Assembly: GCF_001194135.2 (NCBI RefSeq)
Contig: NC_068993.1
Span: 22,113,798-22,177,797, forward strand
Direction: 5' to 3'
DNA length: 64,000 nucleotides
Source of the DNA: Octopus bimaculoides
Taxonomy: Eukaryota
Shown: positions 25,380 to 36,740 of the stretch, one piece after another
Position numbering within the stretch: position 1 is the first letter of the stretch
Layout of the letters: the number at the start of each line of letters is the position of its first letter
Position numbers and translations under genes: made by a program
The notes under the pieces: generated by a model
Database searches by the model: none
What the model was told of the DNA's origin: nothing
Seen by the model: only the letters and a program-made list of their open reading frames with translations

Positions 25380-26665
25380 ATGAACATTTTTCTCTGGTTG
25401 TAAGCTAAGAAGAATTTTTAATTTAATCTGAAACCAGTTGGTCGGTAATGAGACTTGATTTCATAAATGCGCATATCCTGAGAAAGACTTTAAACAAGAT
25501 CAAATACTTAATAGCATCAGGTTATTAGATTCGGATGTGACCTGAGTCAGATCGAGATTTCCACGATATGTGACCCATTCTCCTTGTCGTACGTCTCGAT
25601 TAATCGATCCGCATCGAGGAGAGTATTAATGTGTCAGAGAGATCTGGTGTTGGAGGTACAGAAAATCTACCAGGATACGGATGGTAACAAGATAATACTG
25701 GTCGGGAACAACAGCAGTAGTGGTGCAATTAGTAGCAGTAGTTTATGAACGTTACTGGGACTAGACTAGAGAGGACGCCTAGGCAGGCTCCTAGCTACTG
25801 GAAGATGAACGCGTTAATCCTGATGTTCGTTCCTGGCACAAAAATGTCTACGGAAATCCATTTAAACGGTTGCTAAGAACTAATGATGCACGTCTTAAGT
25901 TTACAATGACAAAGCAAACTTATTACCAAAGACGTTCTAACACCGATCAGTTCCATCTTTTTGTATATCTACGACTACATTGTTTTATATGTCGTTCAAT
26001 TCTGAGGTTGTTTGATCAACCGAATGACGTATTCTTAGAATTAACGTATAAAATAGTTGAGTATTCTACAGAAAAGTGTACCCTTGACAAAATTCCCAAG
26101 GCAAATCAACGTGACACAGCATATGATAAAACTATACATTCCAATTACAAGTATATACATCAGAAGGTCTTCTAAACAATGTCTACCCAATTTCACATAT
26201 GAAGCTTGTGTTGTCTCAAGAGTGTGGTAAAAGAGACCTGCCCAAGATGCCATGTAGTGATATTGGGCCATAAATTTTGATGCCGAGATAAATACCTTAA
26301 ACATTTGGCCATAATGCATTCACATAAAAAAAAAATAAAAGGAAATTAAAACAAGCTGTTATTTCTAATAGTTGCCTATAGGCTTCTTTGTGGTCTGGTG
26401 TTGTTTAATTTCCTGGATGAAATATGTTTTATATGCATCTATATGGATTAGAGATTCTCTAATGTAATTCGGTCTGGTGTGCAGATTTGGTTGGAAACCT
26501 AGTGTCATTTTGTTGTTCAAGAAGGTAAATTTGTTCGATCTCGTTCCCATATTTATACATGAGCTAATTTCAAATACAATTTTATTAGACATTGACTGCG
26601 CATTGTCTATACCCATTTTTATATTTCATGAAATCTATTAACAATTTTAGGAGTTTTTCCAACTA
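25380..26665 (+). pseudogene. Decayed paralogous ORF, right copy, with internal deletions
   Basis: GNET-FHKCAYPEKDFKQDQILNSIRLLDSDVT..FPRYVT..LVLEVQKIYQDTDGNKIILVGNNSSSGA..LLEDERVNPDVRSWHKNVY..RLLRTNDAR..YLRLHCFICRSILRLFDQPNDVFLELTYKIVEYSTEKC. Confidence 0.7.
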
Positions 26666-26883
26666 CATCTTCCATTTAATTCTCATTTTTTTTTTTCTCT
26701 TGGCTTGCTTCATAAAAGATTTCAATAGAGCTTCACTATTGTAAAGCTCTAAAATGCCCGAAAACTCCTTGGCTCTCGAGATATACTGAATATCGGGCAT
26801 TATTTCTTGGGTTGTTTCTTCCACGTCTGATTAGATGTCTCCGGCCGTTTTGTGCTCCTGAAGGCATAATCATATAACTGCTT

Positions 26884-26940
<57 letters not shown>

Positions 26941-26999
26941 CGCGCGCGCGTGCGTGCGTGCGTGTGAGATTTTATGATTCAGTGCGACTATTAGATAGA

Positions 27000-27265
27000 G
27001 AATAGGAAGCCGGACATAGTCTTAATTGAGAAAGAAAAGCGATAAGGAAGAAAGAAAAGTCGATTGGTATGACAGGTTAGCTTGGGATGTTAAGCAGTTG
27101 TTGACGATGAAAAAGATGGTAGTAGTATCAATAATTGTTGGAGCCCTGTGATCAGTGGGTAAAAATCTTGAGAAGTACATGGAGCAAATAAGGGCTACAA
27201 TATGGGTGGAGCACTTGCAGAAAACAGCACTGCTTTGAACCGCTCCAATACTCCGGAAGGTGCTC
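27000..27265 (+). mobile_element. R4/Dong-type LINE 3' end (RLE), different subfamily
   Basis: NRKPDIVLIEKE..KKMVVVSIIVGAL*SVGKNLEKYMEQI..EHLQKTALL*TAPILRKVLEK*. Confidence 0.8.
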
Positions 27266-27370
27266 GAAAAATAAGGGGTGTTACCTTAGTTCACTGGTAG
27301 TGAACACCTGACACCATAGTAGATTATCCAGCATTTGAAGCTGCGCAAAGTCAATAATAATGATAATAAT

Positions 27371-27593
27371 GGTTTCAAATTTTGTCACAAGGGCAGCCAT
27401 TTTGGGGGAAGGGATACGTCGACTACATCGACTCCAGTGTTTAACTGGTACTTGATTTATCGACCCCGAAATGAGGAAAAGCAAAGTCGACCTCTGCGGA
27501 ATTTGAACTCAGTAAGCAGCAGCAGACGAAATACCGTTAAGCATTTCGCCCACCGTGCTAAGAATTCTGCCAGCTCACCGCCTTAAAAATAAC

Positions 27594-27656
<63 letters not shown>

Positions 27657-27872
27657 TTCTACTAAAGGATCAAGGCCTGAAAATTGCAGGGAGTGGGGAT
27701 AGTCGATTACATAGGCACCAGAGTTTCACTGGTACTTAATTTATCAACCCCGAAAGAACGAAAAGCAATGTCGACCTCGGAGGAATTTGAACTCAGAATG
27801 TAAGGACAGACGATGTCCCCCTAAGCATAGCGCCCAGCGTGCTAACGAGCGATTCTGCTAGCTCACCACCTT
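27371..27872 (-). mobile_element. Two tandem SINE family A copies separated by (TAA)n (27371-27584, 27656-27872)
   Basis: Full consensus recognisable in both. Confidence 0.9.
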
Positions 27873-28009
27873 CATAATAATAATAATAATAATAATGATA
27901 ATAATAATAATGATGATGATGATGGTGATGATGATCATGATCATGATCATGATGAGTTAAAACAACAAAGAAGAAGAAGAAGAAAGAAGAGGAGGGTGAG
28001 GAGGGAAAA

Positions 28010-28134
28010 AAGAAGAAGAAGAAGAAGAAGAAGAAGAAGAAGAAGAAGAAGAAGAAGAAGAAGAAGAAGAAGAAGAAGAAGAAGAAGAAGAAGAAGAAGA
28101 AGAAGAAGAAGAAGAAGAAGAAGAAGAAGAAGAA
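28010..28134. repeat. (GAA)n microsatellite
   Basis: Direct inspection. Confidence 0.98.
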
Positions 28135-28860
28135 TGTGTGCTTTTTTATTTTGACAGAAAATTTGATTTAGAAATATTTAATGTCAGAGATGGAAAAAAA
28201 AAAAAATTAGATTGCAATGGAATACAGTGTGACAAAATCTGAAAACTCGCAGAATTCTTCCAGCTGTACTTATGTAAATAATTCTGTATGGACAGAACTG
28301 TTGTGTTTCTAAACATGCCTGAAGCAGTATTCATATATTTGGATAAGATTTCAAAAAAGGAGCAGAGAAAACAGAATGATTCTATTCACATGATAATTTC
28401 CGAAATTACCGAAGTGCGAATTTGACTATTTACTTAAATCGACCTCTTTCCCTATCTGTCAATTATCAAGTGACTGCCAGAAAGCAAATTCCTTGTAGCT
28501 ATAGATATATATACATAAATCCATACATATATATAGGTGTACACACACACACATACTGCTATGTCCGTGCATGCGTTATATATTTGTATACATAATTATA
28601 GGTAAGCACCTGAGATTTTAATGTAATCTGCATAAAAGTTTATATGTAGTTAAAGTCTAACCTAATTTAGTATTTGGTTGGATATCATAAATATTCATGG
28701 ATATATTACAGTTTATAGAAGATTTTCAGTGTCAATAGCACCCAATAAACGCTCGCGCAATCGCGTACGTGTATGTGTAGGTGTCAGAACGTATGCACGC
28801 TGTACATATGTGTGTGTTCGTGTGTGTGTATGTGTGTGTGTGTGTGAGTTTGTGTGTGTA

Positions 28861-28930
<70 letters not shown>

Positions 28931-29280
28931 TTAATTAGCTGCTTATTTTTCAAGAAATTAATAGCGGTTGCGTCTTTCCCTGATATATTTAAATGTATTG
29001 CAGTCATACACTCGGGTTGTATGTAACTTTCTTACTCTTTATTTACCTAAGTGTGTGTGCATGTGTATATTTTCCACGTANNNNNNNNNNNNNNNNNNNN
29101 NNNNNNNNNNNNNNNNNNNNNNNNNNNNNNNNNNNNNNNNNNNNNNNNNNNNNNNNNNNNNNNNNNNNNNNNNNNNNNNNNNNNNNNNNNNNNNNNNNNN
29201 NNNNNNNNNNNNNNNNNNNNNNNNNNNNNNNNNNNNNNNNNNNNNNNNNNNNNNNNNNNNNNNNNNNNNNNNNNNNNNNN

Positions 29281-29340
<60 letters not shown>

Positions 29341-29589
29341 ACGTTAACAAAGTGACACGTGCATACCTACACCATGTCATTTTACATCATCAGACGTGTG
29401 TAAACTTCACAATCATGGTACCTTTATATCGGTGGGAAAACTAAAGGTTACTTAGTGATGTTTTATGCTCTTTCACCATCGTGTTGATAGAGATCTCCCT
29501 CTATTTTCAGTAATCATCTCAGTGTCACAATATTTCATCTCTTAGTCCAGCTTCTTTGAGAGGGACAGCAAGGACAGGTTTTATCTTCA

Positions 29590-29870
29590 CCTAGAGAATG
29601 GTTCCTTCTCCGTTGCCTTGTGAACTTAATGGCTTTGAGCTGTTTTAGTTGCCTTGACCAAATTTCTAGTGCATTTCTTATTTGTTTTCGCTCCATAACA
29701 ACTATTATTATCATTCTTTCCTTTTTTTTTTGTTTTTGTGAGAAACAGGATATTGGTCTTACTGGGAAACTGCAGAAGCCGTCTTCATTATTGAATGAGG
29801 ATGCAGGTCATTCTTTGATAAGAGCCTCATCAGCCAAATTTTTGTATTTGGCTTCCTTCAGTTGTGGAGA
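29590..29870 (-). mobile_element. RLE non-LTR retrotransposon C-terminal fragment (HERO/NeSL-like, tentative)
   Basis: KEAKYKNLADEALIKE*PASSFNNEDGFCSF..KATEKEPFSR resembles the KxxKYxxL..W.A..F..EVGxRGF..AAEKGSxWLW tail. Confidence 0.4.
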
Positions 29871-29877
29871 TGCGTGG

Positions 29878-30100
29878 TTTAGTAGTTAGGGTATTGCACT
29901 AAAAAAACGTAGCATTGTGGTTTCGATTCTTGGAATAGATGATGCGTTGTATTCTCGAGCAAAACACGTCATTTCACGTTGCTTCAGTCTACTCAGCTGG
30001 CAAAAATGAGCGACCAAGCGACAGATCGGTGTCCCGTGCACAGGAAAAAGGGAAACCGAACGCATGAGCATATGAGTCGAGAAGAAACTTTGATCTGTCA
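29878..30100 (+). mobile_element. Third tRNA-derived SINE family
   Basis: gttagggtattgcact..ggtttcgattc (B box)..ttctcgagcaaaacacgtcatttcacgttgcttcagtctactcagctggcaaaaatgag. Confidence 0.6.
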
Positions 30101-30530
30101 CTTCAGTTTGTAATGTGTGTAGGAGTGTCTGTGTGAATCGGTGCTTAAAAAAAAAACTAAACTAAATATGAGAGTGTTGACTACGATTCATACAATGTGT
30201 TTATGTTTTGGAATCTGAAACTACACATTGTTGCCACTGTAAGATTCCGTCTATTTACATAGCGTTATAAATTTCTCACTCCCACTGATATGTTCATATT
30301 ACCTATGTAACTTAAGTGTCTCAAGTTCATTCTTGAGAATTCATTGAGCTCTAATACTACTACTACTACGACGGCGACGACGACGACGACGATGATGATG
30401 ATAAGGAGGTGGAGGAGGAAAGGAGGAGGAGGAGGAAGAGGAGTAGGGGAGGACAAGGATGACGACGACGATGACCATGACTACAACAACATCAACAACA
30501 ACGACAGGAACCGCAACAATAATAATAAGG

Positions 30531-30749
30531 GTTTCCGATTTTAGCACAAAGCCAGAAATGTATATTAGACGTTGAGCCCTGGATCGATTACACTCACCTC
30601 AGTGCTCAACTAGTAGTTATTTCGTTGATCCCGAGAGGATGGAAGACAAAATCGACTCCCAGCAGCATTTAAACTCAGAATGTACAGTCGGAAGGAAAGT
30701 CGCTAAGCATTTTGTTCGGCGCAGTAATGATATTGCAACCCGCTGCTTT

Positions 30750-30780
<31 letters not shown>

Positions 30781-31200
30781 GTTTCAAATTATAGCACAAG
30801 GCCACCGATTTCAGGAAGAGGTATGTATAGTCGATTACATCGACCACAGTGCTCAACTGGTACTCATTTTATCGACACCGAAAGGATGAAAGGCAAAATC
30901 GATCGCTGCAGAATTTTAACTTAAAACGTAAAGACGGACGAAATGCCGCTAAGCATTTCGCCCGGTGTGATAATGATTCTGCCAGCTCGCTGCCTTAACA
31001 ACAAAAACATCACTATCAACAGCATTAATAGTAGTAGTAATGATGATGATGATGATGGTTTGACGGAAGAGGGTCAGTCGATAGTGGTGTTCCCAGTACT
31101 TGAATGGAACTTAATTTTAAAAATGAAGTACTTTATTTTGTAGAGAGGTTGAAAGGCATATCTAACCTCGAACTGATTTGAGCTCAGAAAGCTGACAGAT
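30531..31200 (-). mobile_element. Three tandem SINE family A copies (30531-30749, 30781-30996, degenerate ~31065-31200)
   Basis: Consensus blocks in the same orientation separated by (AAC)n/(GAT)n. Confidence 0.8.
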
Positions 31201-31402
31201 GAGATCGATGTTACATGTTTCAAGGATGAATTATACGAAGTCGTTGTGCGATTCAACAAAATAATGAAAAGATGTATCATAGTAAAAAATATCATAAAAG
31301 GACACAATTTCAAACATTTCAATGGAGGTACTGCGACTTTAGTCTAATTAAGGAACGCTACAATACTGACTTAATATTGATCACAAGGACAAGTACTACT
31401 CT

Positions 31403-31481
<79 letters not shown>

Positions 31482-33408
31482 CCTCTCACTCATTCTCCTT
31501 CTCAAGCCTTACTCCCCAACCTTAAATCTGCTTATAGGAAATTACCCGGAAGGTAGCATCACATTATTTACTCCCATCTTCTACTCTGAATAGTACTTAA
31601 AATTTGATGATGTTGAAGTTGAAAGTGTTTGTCTGCAACCCTTTCTGTCTTGTCGACTGTACGGTATCTTCCACCAAACAAAAGAAAATTGCTTTCACCG
31701 CCCAGTCAAAGGATGTGGTGAGGTGGTCGTTATTGTCAGTCTTACATGCATGAGATTATCTACAGAATTATGTTTAGATAAGTTTCTTTATATTGTTTAA
31801 GGCAAAAATATATTGTTCTAAGTATTCACCACAATAAATGAAGGCGTTCTTACATATTTCCCCATACCTATATATTAAACAATGTGAGTACGTGTTATTG
31901 TTTCTGATTTGCTAACGTTTTCTTATCGATTTATTCTCATATCTGGAAACGAGGAATATTGATTTCTTTCACTAATTATTCTTATTAAGTGTAATTTACA
32001 GTACTTTGCTATAAAACAAGCAATAACATTAGTTCACATTCTCAGACTGGAGGAAGCATAAATTTGTGTGCGGGGGGATGAGTGCGTGTGCATGCGCGCA
32101 TGTTTGTGTGTGTGTTGGATTAAAGGGAATCCATTGAGGATAGAAGCATATCAAAGCGAACACTCCACAATTAATGGCTAGACAGAATGACGCAAATCGT
32201 ATATCTAATTAATAATTTATTTAATTTATTGAATTCGCTTCTAACCTTATGTCGTATCAATTTAATATTTACTTCATCCGCCCTAGTTATGGGCTTTATA
32301 TTTCCTTATAATTCGTTATAATCCTATAAATCCTTCATCATTTATTAATATTTATGGCCTCCATAATTCTTATAAATCCTTTTAACATTGTCCTATTACT
32401 CTACATTATTTTACATTATTATCCTGACTTGACCGATCTACTTAGCCTATACAGTTTTAATTGATTCGCTTTGTTCTCACTAATAATGTGACATATTGGT
32501 TAATAGAAACGTTGAGATTCTTGAGTTTTCAGGCTTTTATTATGAATATCAGCTCTGGTTTCCCTTCTCAATTAATTCTAGCCTTTTGATTTGTAACATC
32601 ATTAAAGCTATATAGCTGATCTCTCTAAATTTCGATATTTACCTAACATCAATTTATAAATTTATATCTTTCATGTTAAGTTTGGTTATTGACTAAACTA
32701 CTTTCATTAGCTTATTATGCAAAGTTATTCGTTTATTCCAATGCTGTCTTTCCGTAAACTATGTGTTCACTTTATTAGGTTTATCTTACTCTTTTTCTAT
32801 TTAAGTATTTATAGGTTATGATTGCTGTTACTGTGATTATGCTTATCTCTATATATTAATTATTTTCTTTTCCTTTTCTTTTTCCTCTCCTTCTTTTCTC
32901 CTCCATCTCCGAAATCTCGCAGAGAACTTTACTATTCTCTGCGTTTTTTCACTGAGTGATTTTTCTTTTCTGAAGTATAATTAGTTGGATCTCCTTTAAA
33001 TACAGGCAATATTCTACTAATTTTGCAATAATTAGAGCATTTTTATCAATAATAAATAAGTAAATGAATCAGTAATGCTGGAATTTATATTTTAATATGT
33101 TCCTGTGTAAGGCCGTAAAAACACCAGCGTAAGGAGAAGACAGAAGTCGACAGTATGAAAATTCAAGATAAGAAAGTTGAAAGACATTAACAATAGTGAA
33201 AAGAGAATGTGGTGGAGAATAACATACTCTGTCGTATCTCTGGAGGGTCGCAATCCTAATTAGAAATACACCCACTGGTTCTATTTTACTTCTTTATTTT
33301 TCAATTAGTTAATTGTGTTTATTGCTGGCAATAATGGCCCGGCTGAGATACAACGGAATATAAACTAATCAATTTAGGAACCATTGCAATGGACATCTAT
33401 GGGTTTTA

Positions 33409-33443
<35 letters not shown>

Positions 33444-34861
33444 NNNNNNNNNNNNNNNNNNNNNNNNNNNNNNNNNNNNNNNNNNNNNNNNNNNNNNNNN
33501 NNNNNNNNNNNNNNNNNNNNNNNNNNNNNNNNNNNNNNNNNNNATATATATGACAATTGTCTCAGTTTGTTTTGCTCTTCCGAGAAGAGATTAATAGAAT
33601 AAATTGTGATCCCAATAATAATGCTATTTGAGAGGATTACCCAAAGCGCTACTTCCGACTGCTTGCCTGTATCCAAAGAAACATTTCTTTTTAAATAGTT
33701 TAAGATAAATTGAATCGTGCAATGAACGTTTTCTGCAGCTTTTAATTATTATAAACGAGTGGCCTTTTTAACTTGCCTATTCCAGGCACAGTTTAATGCC
33801 TGTCATTTATCTGCCATTCATTTAATGTGTAATTTCAATTACAAATGCTGTTACTCGCAGCGCATTTTTAATTACAGAAAATTCGTGAATAACTATGATT
33901 CTGTTTAATCGTGTTTCATCGCTTTAGAAATCTTTTACATGGGAAAATGGATTGAGGTTTTGCGAAAAAGAAGTTTTACATGGTTAAACTGTTCTCTGGC
34001 ATTGGTTCTTATTTCATCGATAACCAGATGGAAAGTAGTCCTCAGCTGTTAATATTCGTCTTAGATTATATTATTTCATTCCATATTGTTTCGTTGTGAT
34101 ATTGTTAAAGAACATAATATAACAGCAAGATAAATATGAATAATGAAGATGATAGAATACATGTTAATTGGTATCAATCGTTTTGAAATAGTTTTGCCTT
34201 CTATTCCACATTAAAACCCCGTTATGCTTCGACAATGTAAAGCTTCAACATAATCAATTTATTATCTACATTTCAATATATGAAGTATAACTAAAGTTGC
34301 ATCTGAAGTGTAACACAAACTCCTGAAGAACTAAGCTTTTACGTACTAAAACTTTTGCCAAAAGTTTTCGTCCAAAACGCCATTTGTTTTTTGCTCTGGT
34401 GATGATCTGCTTAATACGAATACGGATAAATTCTAGACATGTACGTGTGTATGTGTGAGCATATACGTGTATGTGTGTTTGTGTGTGTGTGTGTGTGCGC
34501 GTGCGCGTGCGTGCGTAATTGTTTGTGATTAGTAATGTTTTGTGGTTTATGATTTATTTTGAATTTTTGAAAGTTTATGAAGTATTTCCTTCCGTAATTC
34601 TTAATTGCAAAATATGATTTACGATGTTTATATTAAACAAGGCTTCAAGCCACATCGTATAAAAAAAATGCGGAATACAAAGCAAATATGTACTTATGCA
34701 TGTTTGCATATATGTATGCATTCATGCATGCATGTATGCATCCATGTATGCCTGTATGTATGTATGGCTGTATGTATGTATGTATATATANNNNNNNNNN
34801 NNNNNNNNNNNNNNNNNNNNNNNNNNNNNNNNNNNNNNNNNNNNNNNNNNNNNNNNNATTT

Positions 34862-34892
<31 letters not shown>

Positions 34893-34968
34893 AAGAGATA
34901 GTTAGATAGGTAGACAGACAGACAGGCAGACAGGCAGACAGACAGATAGATAGATAGATAGATAGATG

Positions 34969-35012
<44 letters not shown>

Positions 35013-35475
35013 TCGAAAGGGATTAAGATTGATACATAGATAAATATACACATAGAAACTACACCAAATTAAAAATGCCACGTTTATCTGATGCTTTCAC
35101 ACAGTCATTCAATATTCAGTTGGCTTTATATATACGTGCGTGCGCATGTGTGTATATGGGTGAATAAGTGTACGTGTAGATTAGTGTGACTGTGTGTATG
35201 CGTGTATCATATACTACAGTATATTCCACGTACAACTTCACTGCAAGACACTGCTTTCATGAATCATTGTAGATCATGACGACGTCGACGATAACTAATA
35301 ATATTGCTGTACTCACTAATATTAAGCAGCATCAAAACTTCACTCTTCACTTCATGAATTACTAGTGAATAGGTTTGCTGTTTTCCTGTCTAGTCTTGCT
35401 AGTTCGTTTAGTATGCAGTTGTAAATGTTATAATCATAAAATGACTGAACACCTGAAATATTGATGTCCATTACA

Positions 35476-35544
<69 letters not shown>

Positions 35545-36088
35545 CAATGATATTAATGCGCTAACTTATTGTTTTTGTACGTATCTGATGTGTGCGTCAC
35601 ACTTTGAAGAAGTGGCAAGCGAGAGAGAGGGGGACAGGAAGGAAGTAAGATACAGAGAGAGAGACAGAGAAAGGGAAAGTGAGAGAGTGAGAGAGAAAGA
35701 GAGAGAGTGAAAGAGACAGTGAGTGGTGACGGTATTCGTTTTATGCTTTTAAATGTTTATCACATCGCAAGAGAAGTAGATACATAGATACATATACACA
35801 TTATTAAATCAAAAGCGAGAGAAAAGGGGGACACAAAAGAAGTGAAAGAGAAGGAGAGAAAGTGAGAGTGACAGTAGATACATAAATCCAAAGAAAAGTT
35901 CATACATAGATGCATACAGCAAATATTGGGTGTCAATTTCACTTTTCATTACCACATGAGGATAAAATTAACTCACAAATAGCTGAGTACTCCACAAACA
36001 TGCATAACATTAACGTAGTTCTCAGGGAGATTCAGCCTCACACAGAATATGACAAGGCTGGCCCCGTTGAATTACAGCTACAATTAGA

Positions 36089-36127
<39 letters not shown>

Positions 36128-36424
36128 TGTATGTCTGTGTGTGTGTATGTGTATAGTTTAGGTTAGTTAAAACATGTTCGCAATAATGAGTGTCGCGTGG
36201 TGGAAATAAACGCAATTATCAAACTTTCATTCATAAATCCATTTATTATTTAGTTCTTTTGCATTTCAATTTGTACATTAAGGTTCTTGGAATATGTATT
36301 TTAAGGTTAAATAGTAATTCGGTTTACGCTTGTGTAACTGAGATATTTTTGTTGGATTATATAGTCATTGGTGTTACATTACTTTCTATATTCTGTAACT
36401 GTCACAATATAATTTTCTTGGACT

Positions 36425-36558
36425 GAATTTTTTGTGGGGAGGGGCCAGTTGATTAGATCGATCCCAGTACACGACTGATACTTAATTCATCGAGCCCGAA
36501 AGGAGGAGAGGCAAAGTCGATCTCGGCAGAATTTGAACTCAGAACGTAAAGACAGACG
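36425..36558 (-). mobile_element. SINE family A, 3' part
   Basis: gatcgatcccagtacacgactgatacttaattcatcgagcccgaaaggaggagaggcaaagtcgatctcggcagaatttgaactcagaacg. Confidence 0.8.
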
Positions 36559-36655
36559 GTTATAATATACAAACATTTCTCATGGCACCAGTACACTGTT
36601 TACAGATGCTTACATTTTTTATGTTTTCCGTGAATTTTTAACGGGCCCAGCTAGT

Positions 36656-36656
36656 T

Positions 36657-36739
<83 letters not shown>

Positions 36740-36740
36740 T
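36656..36740. repeat. (CAT)n microsatellite
   Basis: Direct inspection. Confidence 0.98.

Noticed and set aside
34320-34385. CTGAAGA with hairpin AAAACTTTT/AAAAGTTTT and caaaacgc (hammerhead-like)
   Set aside because: GAAA core, cleavage triplet and helix I are not intact.
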